IMG/VR virus record: IMGVR_UViG_3300025765_000001
Direction: 5' to 3' (one strand)
Length of the DNA: 64,000 nucleotides
From: a virus
Taxonomy: Duplodnaviria; Heunggongvirae; Uroviricota; Caudoviricetes
The notes under the pieces are model-generated. The model did no database searches, was not told where the DNA came from, and saw only the letters and a program-made list of their open reading frames with translations. A program made the position numbers and the translations under genes. Below, in pieces: positions 10,641 to 21,165 of this stretch (positions within the stretch are counted from its first letter, which is position 1; each line of letters opens with the position of its first letter).

Positions 10641-10880
10641 GCGGGGTGTGGGAAAGTGTTCCGGGTCTCGTACAACTCATCTTGTGCCGCCGACATACGG
10701 GCATTTTGGACAGTTGGACCAGAGGAGTTTAGTTGTACGAAGACCGGCCGTGGCCCGGTCCACGAGTTAAGTAGTACTGCAACAGTATTTATGGGTTTTT
10801 GGGCAGTTGGACCAATTGAGATGCGTTGTACAAGGGGGTTGTACGAGGGGGTTTTGACAACCGAGGCACGAGGAACTATC

Positions 10881-11090
10881 ATGACCAGGAAAGACTTCGA
10901 GATGATCGCTGAGGCGGTAGCCGAGGCTCGTGAGGTTCTGAAGCAAGATCAGGCCCATAACGGTCCGGTGCTGGCTGACAGCGAGTGGGCCTACATCTTC
11001 AACCGGGTGGGGGAGTCGTTGGTACGGCAGCTTCGCCGGTCGAATCCGCAGTTTGACGCTGAGCGGTTTGTGAAGGCGTGTCGGCAGTAA
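10881..11090 (+). CDS. small hypothetical (MTRKDF...NPQFDAERFVKAC type)
   Basis: motif + CACGAGGA leader. Confidence 0.75.
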   Translation: MTRKDFEMIAEAVAEAREVLKQDQAHNGPVLADSEWAYIFNRVGESLVRQLRRSNPQFDAERFVKACRQ

Positions 11091-11211
11091 AAGTGGGCGG
11101 ATGGCTGACAAGTCATGATTAAGTTGTCGGCGGACTGCGGATGCGGGGTTTGTAGACCGATCTAGTTACGTGGTACAAGCGAGGCCGGGTTAATTAACGC
11201 ACGAGGGAACC

Positions 11212-11643
11212 ATGAAGCATAATTTCACGAAGAAGCAAGTAATGAGTGTGGCTCAGACGGGTCTGGAAAAGGCCGTCGCTGAGTGGCTCTGCGACCGGGC
11301 GGACGACTACGACGGTGATCCGTGCGGGCCGCTCCGTGACTTGTTTCAGGGCGGCTGCATGAGTGGGATGGTGTCGCATCTAGTTTATTATTGTGACACG
11401 GTGCCGTTCTACGAGCAGCACAAGGCGGACATTTGGGCCTTGGGCATCGAGCAGGCCGAAGACTTCGGCAACAAGAATGTGTTCGAGTTCTTTGCCGGGC
11501 TGAACGTGGGCAACCTAGGCGACCTGGGAGACTACAATCAGGTTGCGAATGGTTTGGCGTGGTACGGCTTTGAGGAAGCGGCTCGCCGGATTGAGAACGC
11601 CCTGAACAGCCTTGATGAAGAGGATGAGGATGATGAGGACTAG
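11212..11643 (+). CDS. acidic phage hypothetical protein
   Basis: GC.SGMV..LVYY.DT..FY...N.LAW.GFEE pattern typical of phage early proteins; motif upstream. Confidence 0.8.
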   Translation: MKHNFTKKQVMSVAQTGLEKAVAEWLCDRADDYDGDPCGPLRDLFQGGCMSGMVSHLVYYCDTVPFYEQHKADIWALGIEQAEDFGNKNVFEFFAGLNVGNLGDLGDYNQVANGLAWYGFEEAARRIENALNSLDEEDEDDED

Positions 11644-12050
11644 AAACAAAAACACCTGACAGACCGGATAGGATTTCCCTTCTCCGATCTGTCAGGTGGA
11701 AGCCTCCATTACATGAGTAGTAAGGCTTTCGCCTCCCTGGGTCATGCAGGGGTGAGGCTTTTTCAGCCTTGCGAGTTGCTTGTTTAGGGCTTCCCGCTTG
11801 GCCCCGATTACCTTACTGGTCTCGCATTCGGCTGTGAGACCGAACGTGATTTTTGGATAATCGAGTTGCTTGCCGGTGTTCTCCGTCAAGCGTTGGTCTC
11901 AATTTAATGATTCGTGGCCGGAGTTCAATAGCTCTTGGCGAATTTTTTCGAGATTTTCTCATCTGGTTGGCTCGTCTCGACTTGGGGAGTTTAGTTGTAC
12001 GGGGCGAGTGTGGAAAAGTTGTTGATAACTCAAGAGGGACCAGAATAACG

Positions 12051-12299
12051 ATGCCATTTCCGACTGATGTGAGAGATATCCGGCCTGGAGAAACCGTTGA
12101 GAAGGTGATGCCGCACAGCGAAGTGTGTATGCACATGCGGGTTGCGGGCAAGTGGATGAAGGTCCGGCTTCTTGAATCGGGCCGCATGTGCCAGTTATAC
12201 TTCCTGGACTTCAAACCGTTCAGCAGCCCGATTACAATTGGCGAGGCCGGTATTTTTCACCGGGACGACACGTTCTACTACTACCCAGACCTGGGCTAG
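12051..12299 (+). CDS. hypothetical protein
   Basis: motif 11988 + GAGG leader. Confidence 0.65.
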   Translation: MPFPTDVRDIRPGETVEKVMPHSEVCMHMRVAGKWMKVRLLESGRMCQLYFLDFKPFSSPITIGEAGIFHRDDTFYYYPDLG

Positions 12300-12366
12300 T
12301 TTAGTTACGAAACGTGTGATGCGGCGGTCACAACCCTTGAGGGTGATCAGGAGAATAGTGGCATCG

Positions 12367-12522
12367 AATGTACTGGGTGCCACGAAATCTTCTGTGACAA
12401 CTGCTACGACTGTAGCAAGGGCGATGGTTGCCACTGTCACGAGCAATGTACTGGGTGCCACGAAATCTTCTGTGACAACTGCTACGACTGTAGCAAGGGC
12501 GATGGTTGCCACTGTCACGAGC
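12367..12522 (+). repeat. exact 78-bp tandem duplication encoding Cys/His-rich unit CTGCHEIFCDNCYDCSKGDGCHCHEQ
   Basis: two identical copies, period 78; frame lacks its own start. Confidence 0.9.
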
Positions 12523-12619
12523 AGGATTACGAAGTACTCATCATCCACCGGGGGTGATTTGTAGTACAGTGAGGGTTGAGCGAGACAACCTGAGTCCCTA
12601 AGCATGAGGGGGTTACACA

Positions 12620-13180
12620 GTGGCGAAACCGATGACCCCGGTGGACCGACCGAAGCTGGAGGCTGCACTTCGGGAGGCAGAGAAGAACGGACCGCTCGCC
12701 AACATGGGTGAGTTGTGGAAGCGAGTTGCCGAATTATACAATGCCAACCCTGGCGTGCAGCAGATCACGTTCAGCGTGGTCTTGTTGCGGGTCAAGGAGT
12801 GGGGCATCCAGGTCAAGACGCAGCCCGGTCGCAAGGGCGGGCCGATGAGCGAGGAGCATAAGCAGGCCTTTGCCGTCAGCCGTGGGAAGAGGACGCCCAG
12901 GGCTGAGAAGATGAAGGAATTCAAGACCTTCGATCTGCTCCGTGCGGAGTTGGGCAAGGATAATCGTCGTCGGTTTCTGCCGGTGGTTGATGCTGCCGAG
13001 AAGGGCAGCCTGCGGGCGGCGATCAAACTGACCTGCCTGGACTGTTGCAACTGGCAGACTTCGGAAATCAAATTGTGCGGCATTGAGTCCTGTGCAATGT
13101 TCCCGCACCGGCCCTACAAGCTAGGGCAGGTGGTCGAAGTCGATGAGGGCGATGAAGAGATGGACGAGGCCGAAGGATGA
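12620..13180 (+). CDS. hypothetical protein with C-terminal Cys cluster
   Basis: AIKLTCLDCC...IKLC....C.MFPHRP. Confidence 0.8.
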   Translation: MAKPMTPVDRPKLEAALREAEKNGPLANMGELWKRVAELYNANPGVQQITFSVVLLRVKEWGIQVKTQPGRKGGPMSEEHKQAFAVSRGKRTPRAEKMKEFKTFDLLRAELGKDNRRRFLPVVDAAEKGSLRAAIKLTCLDCCNWQTSEIKLCGIESCAMFPHRPYKLGQVVEVDEGDEEMDEAEG

Positions 13181-13232
13181 ACTGGCCGAGGTCGTTTGAC
13201 TATGAGAACGGCCCGCCTTCGGCGGGCCGTTC

Positions 13233-14009
13233 TTGTCGGTCTTGATGAATTGTGAAACGCAGCACTTCCCCGTAGATGTTTACGCCGCAGTCGTTGCACC
13301 ACAGGGCCGACTTTGTACAACTAAACTCAGTCAGTCAGCGACAAAAGATAGATTTCCGCTGCATGAGGAGGACGAAGATGGTGAGAAACGCTTCAAGGTG
13401 CCTCAGCCGGAAACCCAGATCACGGTATATGTCGTGGCGTGGCAGTACAACACCGGGGTCGGGTTCGACTGGTATCGTCGCCCTGGCGATGCTGATGCCG
13501 CCTACGAGGAAGAGAAGGGCAACGCTGACGAGATGGCTGATGAGGGGTGGTCGGCCTATCGTTTCGACTATGTTGTGTCCTCGAAGATGAGCGACGAGCA
13601 GATTACGCAGTTGATCGACTCTGAACTGGACGATCTGTATGTCAAGGCCACGGAGAAGCACGAAAACGTCCTCGACAAGTACGGCAAGAAGTTGAGCGAG
13701 ATCAAGCAGAGCCGAGGCGTGGTTTACAAGGCGGTGTCGTTCTGCTACACCAACAAGAGCGGCGGCACGAACATGATACAGTGCGAATCCCCCAAGCTGA
13801 CCCAGTTCCAGCGGCTCTCGGCCCGCTACAAGGATCAGAAGGTGAAATGGTTGGCCGAGTTTACGATCCAAAAGCAGTGGCACGACTACGAGACGGGCGG
13901 GCGAATGATCGGCTTGCCGGTCAACAAGGAACTGAAAGCGTTCCTCAAGCGGCACGCTCATCCTGACAAGCAGGTGATCTACGTCAGCCAGCACGACCTG
14001 TTGAGATAA
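13233..14009 (+). CDS. hypothetical protein, 5' end uncertain (possibly chimeric)
   Basis: long ORF; first ~100 nt contain an inverted motif copy. Confidence 0.55.
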   Translation: MSVLMNCETQHFPVDVYAAVVAPQGRLCTTKLSQSATKDRFPLHEEDEDGEKRFKVPQPETQITVYVVAWQYNTGVGFDWYRRPGDADAAYEEEKGNADEMADEGWSAYRFDYVVSSKMSDEQITQLIDSELDDLYVKATEKHENVLDKYGKKLSEIKQSRGVVYKAVSFCYTNKSGGTNMIQCESPKLTQFQRLSARYKDQKVKWLAEFTIQKQWHDYETGGRMIGLPVNKELKAFLKRHAHPDKQVIYVSQHDLLR

Positions 14010-14058
14010 GTCGTACAGGCGAGACCGGTGACAAAACTATTCTCTGGAGGACCGAGCA

Positions 14059-14499
14059 GTGAGCGATACCCTTGTGAACGCCTTGAAACTCATCAAGGCC
14101 CTGCACGACAAGCCTGAGTGTGGGGCGTTGTTCGTGCAGTTCAACCAGTCGGTGCGGGAGCAGGTGTTGCTCGCACCGAAAACGCTGGAGCAGTTGACAG
14201 CGGCAATCGACGTGGCCGAGAAGCGGGCGGTCGAGCCTGAGTACGTCTCTGTGATCGTGGTTCGCAACGACGTGGTGGACCAGAACTATCTTTTCGTTGG
14301 GCCGAGCCGCATCATTGCGGCGTCCGCCGAGGAGAAGTTCAAGGAACTGGTGAAGGGTGAGGGCCTGGAGCCGGACGACCTGGAGGCCGTGCTGGAGGAT
14401 GGCTATTGGGAGTTCAAGGACGGCAATGGTTCTGTCTGTATCAACTGGCCTGAGCGTCTTGCAGCAACGACTCTGGGCCGGGGTCTCAACGTCAAGTAA
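14059..14499 (+). CDS. hypothetical protein
   Basis: motif 14004 + GGAGG. Confidence 0.75.
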   Translation: MSDTLVNALKLIKALHDKPECGALFVQFNQSVREQVLLAPKTLEQLTAAIDVAEKRAVEPEYVSVIVVRNDVVDQNYLFVGPSRIIAASAEEKFKELVKGEGLEPDDLEAVLEDGYWEFKDGNGSVCINWPERLAATTLGRGLNVK

Positions 14500-14597
14500 G
14501 CCGAGGGGCTATCGAAACCCTAGGCGGCGTGCCGCCTAGGGTTTTTTGTGTTGTACTGGGTGAGTTTAGTTGTACGGTGAGGAACGAGGAGGGCACG

Positions 14598-14819
14598 ATG
14601 GACGAACAAGAAGCGACCAACAAACTCGAAAAACTGGTGGGCAGTGTGGACTGTTGTTTCCGCCTGATGCGGCTCTATGTGAGTTGCGAGCAGGCGGCAT
14701 CTGGCAACCGATTCACTTTGCAGAAGCTATCGACTGCCGAGGAGCGGTTTCGCAAGCGTGCGAAGGAAGAGGGCTATAGCCAAGCGGCTATCAACCACTA
14801 CCTGAACCACATTTGCTGA
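14598..14819 (+). CDS. hypothetical protein
   Basis: motif 14563 + GAGGAGG. Confidence 0.7.
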   Translation: MDEQEATNKLEKLVGSVDCCFRLMRLYVSCEQAASGNRFTLQKLSTAEERFRKRAKEEGYSQAAINHYLNHIC

Positions 14820-14838
14820 AAAATCTACATCAACCCAC

Positions 14839-14866
14839 TTGACATGGACACTAGCTAGACTAGAAT
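14839..14866 (+). promoter_or_regulatory. sigma70-type promoter
   Basis: TTGACA-16-TAGAAT. Confidence 0.65.
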
Positions 14867-15131
14867 GCTTCATGTAGAAAGGACGTGGACTATGCAAACC
14901 GCACTTGGCACAATCACTCACCGTTACTGGTGGGATCAGGGCATCTACTTCCGGCAGGCTCTTCGGGGTGGGCCGGTGGAAACCTGGAACAGCCAGACCT
15001 GGGCTTGAGCTATGCCAAAAGAAGGTATGAATAAGCAGAAAGGCTGGTTGAGTTTCGGCGTACAAGAGAGATCGAGGCGATCGGCGGGGGCCTTCAATCC
15101 TGCCACAACAGCACGAGGAGGGTTCTATACT

Positions 15132-15512
15132 ATGCGTCCCATTTCCGAAAAGACCCAGGCCGTTCGCAACTTGCTCGACAAGAACCGTGGCACAACCTGG
15201 GGCGATGCGAAGGAAGGTCTCATCAAGGCGAAGCTGTTCGAGGACAACGACGCCGACGAGAGCTACTTCAACAACGTCAAGTCCCAATACCTCAAGCGGC
15301 TCGCCAGCGGCGGCAAGCGGAAGGCCCGGCGTGTGGCCCGGCCTCGTGTGGCTCGCACGGCGACGGTCGAGATCAGCCTGCCGGATGCCGTGGCTCTCAT
15401 CAACGCCAACGGCGGCAGCGTGACGGCGGTTCGTGGCCTGATCGCCAACCTGACGGCGGCAGTCGCCGTGGTCGAGGCCCAGGCATCGGCACTGACCAAG
15501 CTCGCCAGCTAA
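15132..15512 (+). CDS. basic hypothetical protein (possibly DNA-binding)
   Basis: motif 15051, CACGAGGAGG leader; K/R-rich centre. Confidence 0.75.
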   Translation: MRPISEKTQAVRNLLDKNRGTTWGDAKEGLIKAKLFEDNDADESYFNNVKSQYLKRLASGGKRKARRVARPRVARTATVEISLPDAVALINANGGSVTAVRGLIANLTAAVAVVEAQASALTKLAS

Positions 15513-15660
15513 CCCTCGTGCTGCCCTTGGCTCAAGGCCAGGGCCGGGGGAAGCAGACCCAGGGGCGGCGTCCGCCCCTGGGTTTTTCTAGCCTATCTGA
15601 TGAGTTAAGTTGTACAGGGCAGGGCGGACAGGACCAACAACTAGCACGAGGGACCAGACC

Positions 15661-16044
15661 ATGACCAAGAATCCCGTCGAGACCGGCGAGCTTATCCCGA
15701 TCACCACGCACGGCAGCCTGAACGTCATTGCGGCTGGACCGCTGACCAAGCAGCCGGGCACGATGCCATATCGCATCGTTATCCTCCAGGACTCCGATGG
15801 CAAGTACAGCGTCCACAATCAGGTCTACTCGGACCTGGGCAACCTCGTAGACCCCGACGTGAGGCTGCTGGCCGAGTTGGGGGCAACTTCCGACAAGCCG
15901 CCTTGTGCGAGCCTGTGCCACGGTCACTACTTCGGTGCCGGGGCTGAGGGGCTGACGAAGGCCACGATCAAGTTCTGCGAGAAGGTGCGGGACCATGCCC
16001 CGATGGTCGAGTCCATCTATCGGGAGGCCGTCGTAGTTTCGTAG
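15661..16044 (+). CDS. hypothetical protein
   Basis: motif 15603 + leader. Confidence 0.75.
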   Translation: MTKNPVETGELIPITTHGSLNVIAAGPLTKQPGTMPYRIVILQDSDGKYSVHNQVYSDLGNLVDPDVRLLAELGATSDKPPCASLCHGHYFGAGAEGLTKATIKFCEKVRDHAPMVESIYREAVVVS

Positions 16045-16097
16045 TACAGGGCAGGGTGAGGCGAGATAACTTTACCACTGGCACGAGGACCAAGACA

Positions 16098-16400
16098 ATG
16101 GCAGGCAAACGCAAGGCCAAGGCGAAGAAAGCCGAGTTCAAGGGTGTGAACATCGACTTCTCGTTCAGCGGCTACATCAACGGGGCACGGATCACGAAGG
16201 TAACGGAGAATCTCAAGCGTGCTCCGTACTTCCGGGTCATCAGCACCGAGGGCATGACGCCGAAGAAACTGGCTGCTAGCTTGAACAGCGGCAAGTACAC
16301 GATCAGCCTGGGCGACTTCCTGTACGAGAACAGCGAGGACCAGGAGATCGAGATTACGGACTTCCAAGAGTCCTACGAACAGTCGGGCGACGAGGACTAA
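16098..16400 (+). CDS. hypothetical protein
   Basis: motif 16035 + leader. Confidence 0.75.
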   Translation: MAGKRKAKAKKAEFKGVNIDFSFSGYINGARITKVTENLKRAPYFRVISTEGMTPKKLAASLNSGKYTISLGDFLYENSEDQEIEITDFQESYEQSGDED

Positions 16401-16455
16401 CCCTGTTGCGTAGTACATGTCAAGGCGACCAGCAACCACGAGGGAGGATACATCC

Positions 16456-16701
16456 ATGTTCGAGAACGATATGGCTTCCGAGGGTCAGTTGACCGTCGCC
16501 GATCTGCGGAAGCGGACGAAGGGTGTGGACGGTCGGGCCGTGGTTTGTGTGTGCGTGGATGGATTCTCTTACGCCCCGATCACGGATGCCAAGTTCGATG
16601 CACCGAGCGAGCAGGAGAAGGCGGAAGGGGCCATCGGCGTGTTCCTGCTGATGCCCGATCCGTCCAGCGAGTTGATCCAGTCGCTTCCTGGTGGTGAGTA
16701 G
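16456..16701 (+). CDS. hypothetical protein
   Basis: motif 16404 + leader. Confidence 0.7.
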   Translation: MFENDMASEGQLTVADLRKRTKGVDGRAVVCVCVDGFSYAPITDAKFDAPSEQEKAEGAIGVFLLMPDPSSELIQSLPGGE

Positions 16702-16853
16702 CCGCAAGGCGAGCCGGTACACCAGTGAGTTCCTATAGCTGGGCCGAAAGGGAGTTGCCCCTGGCCGGGTGGTTGTCACTGCCCGGCCAGGATTTATAAA
16801 ACCGGTTGAGTTGAGACGTACAAGAGAGGGCGAGGAATACAAGCTAATGTGAT

Positions 16854-16881
16854 TTGACATCGGTTGCGAGTTACTTATAAT
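16854..16881 (+). promoter_or_regulatory. sigma70-type promoter
   Basis: TTGACA-16-TATAAT; flanks resemble the promoter at 1294-1321. Confidence 0.8.
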
Positions 16882-16919
16882 GCTGGGTGAGGACTGACCC
16901 CTAGTACAAGGACAAGACC

Positions 16920-17900
16920 ATGACTAAGGAAAAGCTGACTCCGAGCGAAGTGGCCCTGCGACAACAGAAGATGTGGGCTGTTGTGTGTGGCCTAAGCAAG
17001 CTGCCGAACCTGCATCAGCCCTTGTTCGGCAAGAAGGGCGAGACCGAGGCGGGCGAGTACCACGAGCGGCTCGACTACATTCAAGAGATCGTCACCGAAG
17101 GATATGCGGAACCCGGCTACACCGATCCCCAGGTCGGTATCGTCACCGGCAATTGGAACGACGAAGAGCCGTGCATCTTGAGCGAGTTCGTGGACCCCGA
17201 CCACGAGGACACGGAGCCGGGTGAAATCATCACCCCTGGCCGTGCCCTGGAGCTTTTGGGGTGTGAACTGGAGTGGAGTGACGAGTGGGACTCGTGCCAT
17301 GACTGCATGAAGTTGGTGCGGTCCCAGCCCAACAGCTACGGCTGGAAGCGGGCGGCGTGGGTCAGCGACGACTGCGAGGTTTTCTGCCACGAGTGCGTCA
17401 AGGCCGATCCGTCGGACTACATTGAATCGCTGGTGGGCGTGGACAACAACGGCATCACCATCGAAGATATCGACCTGGAGAAGTATGGTTTCGTTAAGCT
17501 CCAGGACAATCTCGAAAACGGCTGGTACGGTGGTCAGAAGGCCGACCCCAAGGTGGTCGGCAAGGCCCTGCGGAAGCAAGGCATCGACCGCTACGTGTTC
17601 GTGATCGACAGCGTGGGTCAATTCGATCTGAGCTTCAGCGTGTGGGTGGACAAGGAACAGCTTGCGGCCACGGAGCTTGACCCTGAAAAGGGGTTGTCTT
17701 CCAGCGACACCGATGCTGAAGAAGACCCCGCCCATGTCATGCAGACATACCTATGTGACACTTTCAGGGCGATGGCTGAAGTGAAGCCAGGGGATGGGCC
17801 TGTCATCGTGCGGCCCGACCCTGAAGACCCGCACAAGGCCAAGGCCCGGCGTGTGTCTCTTGAAGACTTTATCGCTGGCAAGGCCCTGGACGACGAGTGA
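16920..17900 (+). CDS. acidic hypothetical protein with Zn-finger-like CxxC pairs
   Basis: 326 aa; CHDC...CHEC. Confidence 0.8.
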   Translation: MTKEKLTPSEVALRQQKMWAVVCGLSKLPNLHQPLFGKKGETEAGEYHERLDYIQEIVTEGYAEPGYTDPQVGIVTGNWNDEEPCILSEFVDPDHEDTEPGEIITPGRALELLGCELEWSDEWDSCHDCMKLVRSQPNSYGWKRAAWVSDDCEVFCHECVKADPSDYIESLVGVDNNGITIEDIDLEKYGFVKLQDNLENGWYGGQKADPKVVGKALRKQGIDRYVFVIDSVGQFDLSFSVWVDKEQLAATELDPEKGLSSSDTDAEEDPAHVMQTYLCDTFRAMAEVKPGDGPVIVRPDPEDPHKAKARRVSLEDFIAGKALDDE

Positions 17901-18231
17901 GGCGGGTGCAACCCCAGGGGTGCTGGTCCACCCCTGGGGTCTTTTCTACATAGCGACGAAGATACGCAAACGAGCGAAGCAAGCCGATGTCCATGTGTCG
18001 GACAGTGGCACCGTCTATTTAGTCACGCCCCTGAGCAGTGGGTCGAAGAGAACGTCCAGCTTGAGCCATACCAGTGCTGGCATCAAGACCACGCCAGGGC
18101 GAAGGGCCGGTCCACCAAAAGCCCGGCCTCCAGGCCGGGGCCGTTTCCTAGATCGACCTAGTTTAGTAGTACAAAGGAGGGCGGACCAAACAAGGCACGA
18201 GCCAAGACCAGACAACGGAAAGGAACATATC

Positions 18232-18774
18232 ATGAACAGTGAGACTATCGGCCAAATCCTAGTATTGATGGAATCCGGATTCAAGGCAGCAATCACCGAT
18301 CAAATGATCGGCACTTGGCTCTGTTGCGGCGTTCTCATTCGCCGTGACACCAACGGAGCACCGTTCACCGACGAATGGCATGTGGAAGGGCAGAAGTGCA
18401 AGGGTCGAGACGAAACGTGGGTGGCTTTCGCCCAAACTCTCAAGGCTCGTTACACACCCGTACCAGTCCCGAAAAAGAAGCGAGTGCCGACCACTCCCTT
18501 CCGTGTGTACGTCTCGTTCACCGGCATGATTGAAGTCTTGGTGCCCAAGTCGGTCCCAGCCGAACGTAGATTGGACTTGGCCGAGAAGAAGGCTCTGGCG
18601 GTCGTGGTGGCGACATTGGATAATCCCGATGCCCCGGAAGACGATGCCTGTTGCGAATACCAGGAACAACACGCCTTGACGAAAACTCGTGCCAACCGAG
18701 AGTGGGACACCACCGAGCTTGACAGCGTGAGTGGAAGCTGGACTGCGGTGGACACGGTGGAGTCAGGAAAATGA
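18232..18774 (+). CDS. hypothetical protein
   Basis: motif 18160; AAGGA RBS. Confidence 0.7.
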   Translation: MNSETIGQILVLMESGFKAAITDQMIGTWLCCGVLIRRDTNGAPFTDEWHVEGQKCKGRDETWVAFAQTLKARYTPVPVPKKKRVPTTPFRVYVSFTGMIEVLVPKSVPAERRLDLAEKKALAVVVATLDNPDAPEDDACCEYQEQHALTKTRANREWDTTELDSVSGSWTAVDTVESGK

Positions 18775-19481
18775 GTGACACGTGGCTGCGGGTCATTAAC
18801 CCGCCGCCCGAACAGCATACGGGCAACTGGATCGCCAAGTACATCCACCTTGAGGACGGCAAGCAGGAGTTCGATCACGACGCCACGCCGGGCGAGACGC
18901 ATACCGGCGACGAGTGGGCCAAGCTGCGACCCGATATGTTCAAGGAACATCTTGATGGGGCTGTCGGCCCCAACAGCATCTACCATTCGAGGAGGGACAA
19001 GGTGGACAAGACAAAATTATTTCAGGCCGTGGTGACGGTTCAGGTCGAGGGCAAGGACTTCACCACGAGCGAACTGGCGAGCGTTCTGGAAAAGTGTGTC
19101 ACCGTGGACCTTCTCATCGAGGACGGCGAACACGCTTTCGGCGACGACGGCGAGAACGAGGTCCAGGGCGTTTGCCTGGATTGGGAAACACTGCGGCTTG
19201 CTGGCAAGCCGGTTCATCTGCTACTCAAGGACATCAAGTGGGACAGCGACGGGATGCGGCCTGTCGAGGACTGCCTGTTGCCGCTCAACGTCCTGGCCCT
19301 CAACGCCCCTGCGAATTGGGATACGAAGGAGTATCGGGAAGCTCTGGCCGATGAGATCAGCAAGGTTTACGGCTTCCTGCATTACGGCTTCGAGATTGTG
19401 CCACACACGCCGGACAGTAAGGGCAAGCGGAACAATCCCCCGTTCCTGGCGGTGATGGAAGCTCCTGAACTGCCTGAGTAG
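18771..19481 (+). CDS. hypothetical protein
   Basis: ATGA-coupled 236-aa ORF. Confidence 0.7.
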   Translation: MSDTWLRVINPPPEQHTGNWIAKYIHLEDGKQEFDHDATPGETHTGDEWAKLRPDMFKEHLDGAVGPNSIYHSRRDKVDKTKLFQAVVTVQVEGKDFTTSELASVLEKCVTVDLLIEDGEHAFGDDGENEVQGVCLDWETLRLAGKPVHLLLKDIKWDSDGMRPVEDCLLPLNVLALNAPANWDTKEYREALADEISKVYGFLHYGFEIVPHTPDSKGKRNNPPFLAVMEAPELPE

Positions 19482-19528
19482 TGTAGTACAGGGCAGGGCG
19501 GACCAATAACACCCAACACGAGGAAGCC

Positions 19529-19804
19529 ATGAAGTTCAAAGAGATCAAAATGAAGCTGCCTCGCCACGATGCCGACGTGGTGATCGAGTTCCCTGGCGGT
19601 AAGACGTTGACGATCCAAGCACGGCCCAGCAATGCGGACGTGAACTACAACGGCTCGCTCGACATCATCCTGCCGGATAATCAGCACGTCACGAATTGGG
19701 AAGGTGACGACATGAAACCGGCTCGTGGCGTGCGGGGGCAGGCTTGCACTCGTATCGCAAAGCAACTGGTGACGGACCTTCCAGGGGATTACCATGACGA
19801 TTAG
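19529..19804 (+). CDS. hypothetical protein
   Basis: motif 19477 + leader. Confidence 0.75.
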   Translation: MKFKEIKMKLPRHDADVVIEFPGGKTLTIQARPSNADVNYNGSLDIILPDNQHVTNWEGDDMKPARGVRGQACTRIAKQLVTDLPGDYHDD

Positions 19805-20061
19805 GGAACTGACCAGCCGCTCGTCTGTGGCCGAAGGTGTGTACGATGCCCTGGGCGAGTTGATGGAAACAGACGACGGTGAGCCAAACACCATCACCAG
19901 CGTTAGTGGCCGGTCGGATCGTACTGCGGCGTCAGCGAGCCGTAGGGATCATCCCACTGGTGACGAATCACCCGGTCGCTGCCAGCGAACTTGTTCAGTG
20001 CCTCTTCGACCTGGACCTCGGCCCAATAGTCGCCCGCATCAGAAACCAAGAGGACCAAGTG

Positions 20062-20379
20062 ATGAAGCCGACTTACGACGAACTACACGATGCCCTGGAT
20101 GCCCTAGTGCATGAACTAGAGGAGTGGGACGTTCCGCAAACGGATGAAGAGGGCGAGTTCGGTCCCGATACTGCATTGGGCCACGCTCAGGCCCTCTTGA
20201 AGCGAGTCGAGGAACCAAGCTACGCCTTCCAGGTGCGGGACGGGGCACTATACGAAGGCGAATTGCTCCTGAGCGAGTGGGACGACGGCGAGTTTGTGCC
20301 GAGCCGCAAACTGCTGGAAATGCCTTCCAGCTACCAGCAGCAGGCCGACGCCTACGCACGAACCAACGGGCCGAGCTAG
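20062..20379 (+). CDS. acidic hypothetical protein
   Basis: GAGGA RBS, MKPTYDELHD... Confidence 0.6.
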   Translation: MKPTYDELHDALDALVHELEEWDVPQTDEEGEFGPDTALGHAQALLKRVEEPSYAFQVRDGALYEGELLLSEWDDGEFVPSRKLLEMPSSYQQQADAYARTNGPS

Positions 20380-20434
20380 TTACGTCGTACAGGGAAGGGC
20401 GAGATAACTTTACCACCACACGAGGACACGAAAC

Positions 20435-20866
20435 ATGACATGGCATCTGAACGCTGGCCGCAAGCGGAAGAACCCTCGCCCGATCAGGGCCGAGCGGACT
20501 ATCAAACGGCTCATCGCTCTGGTGAAGGGCACGAACCTGTGTTACAATCCCGAAGGCAAGGCCGAGTTTCACGACAAGGCCAGCGGCATCCTGTACTCGC
20601 TGGCCCTGGCCCTAGGATACAACGCCGACCAATTCGAGGTCCGGCACAACCAGGGCGGCATCGCTGTGTCTGGCGAAGTGACGCTCCATTCCGATACGTT
20701 GTACGTCCAGCTATCGCAAACGGCTCTGGGACCGAATTACGGTTTCATGTGGCGGACGTGCAGGGGGCGGCGTGACTTCACTGGTGGGCCGAACCAGTGG
20801 GCCAAGTGGGAGGAACTGCTGGACGTGGACGCCCTGGCCCGCAAGATGCAGGCCCAGGTTGAGTGA
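20435..20866 (+). CDS. phage hypothetical protein
   Basis: N.GGIAVSGEVTLH...LYVQ...R.C.GRRDFTGG.N pattern; motif upstream. Confidence 0.8.
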   Translation: MTWHLNAGRKRKNPRPIRAERTIKRLIALVKGTNLCYNPEGKAEFHDKASGILYSLALALGYNADQFEVRHNQGGIAVSGEVTLHSDTLYVQLSQTALGPNYGFMWRTCRGRRDFTGGPNQWAKWEELLDVDALARKMQAQVE

Positions 20867-21165
20867 TAAAAGACAACGGGCGGCTTTGCCGCCCGTTGTC
20901 TAGTCTTCCTGAGTTGAGTTGTACAGGGCGTTGTTGGAGAAGTACCCAGACGCCAGCCCTGGTGTGTTCAATGCCGAGTATTCGTCCGAGTGGGACGATC
21001 AACGAAATGCAAATACGATCCCACGCTCAAGCTGTGCTTCGACATCGAGGACAGCGGCGAGGCTCCTGACGGCACACTGACCGACGAGTGGGTCTGGTTC
21101 GCCGATGTTTAGTGGTACAGGACAGGACAGGGCGAGGCGAGAACAAGACACGAGGAACTAGACCG

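Noticed and set aside
10264-10882. Repeat-containing ORFs in both strands
   Set aside because: Translations simply mirror the DNA repeats; no RBS.
12297-12557. TAG read-through / genetic code 15, suggested by the Cys-rich frame continuing in-frame after TAG 12297
   Set aside because: Many genes end cleanly at TAG followed by a motif or hairpin, and long genes lack internal TAGs. A degenerate motif at 12298 explains the tail as a decapitated unit.
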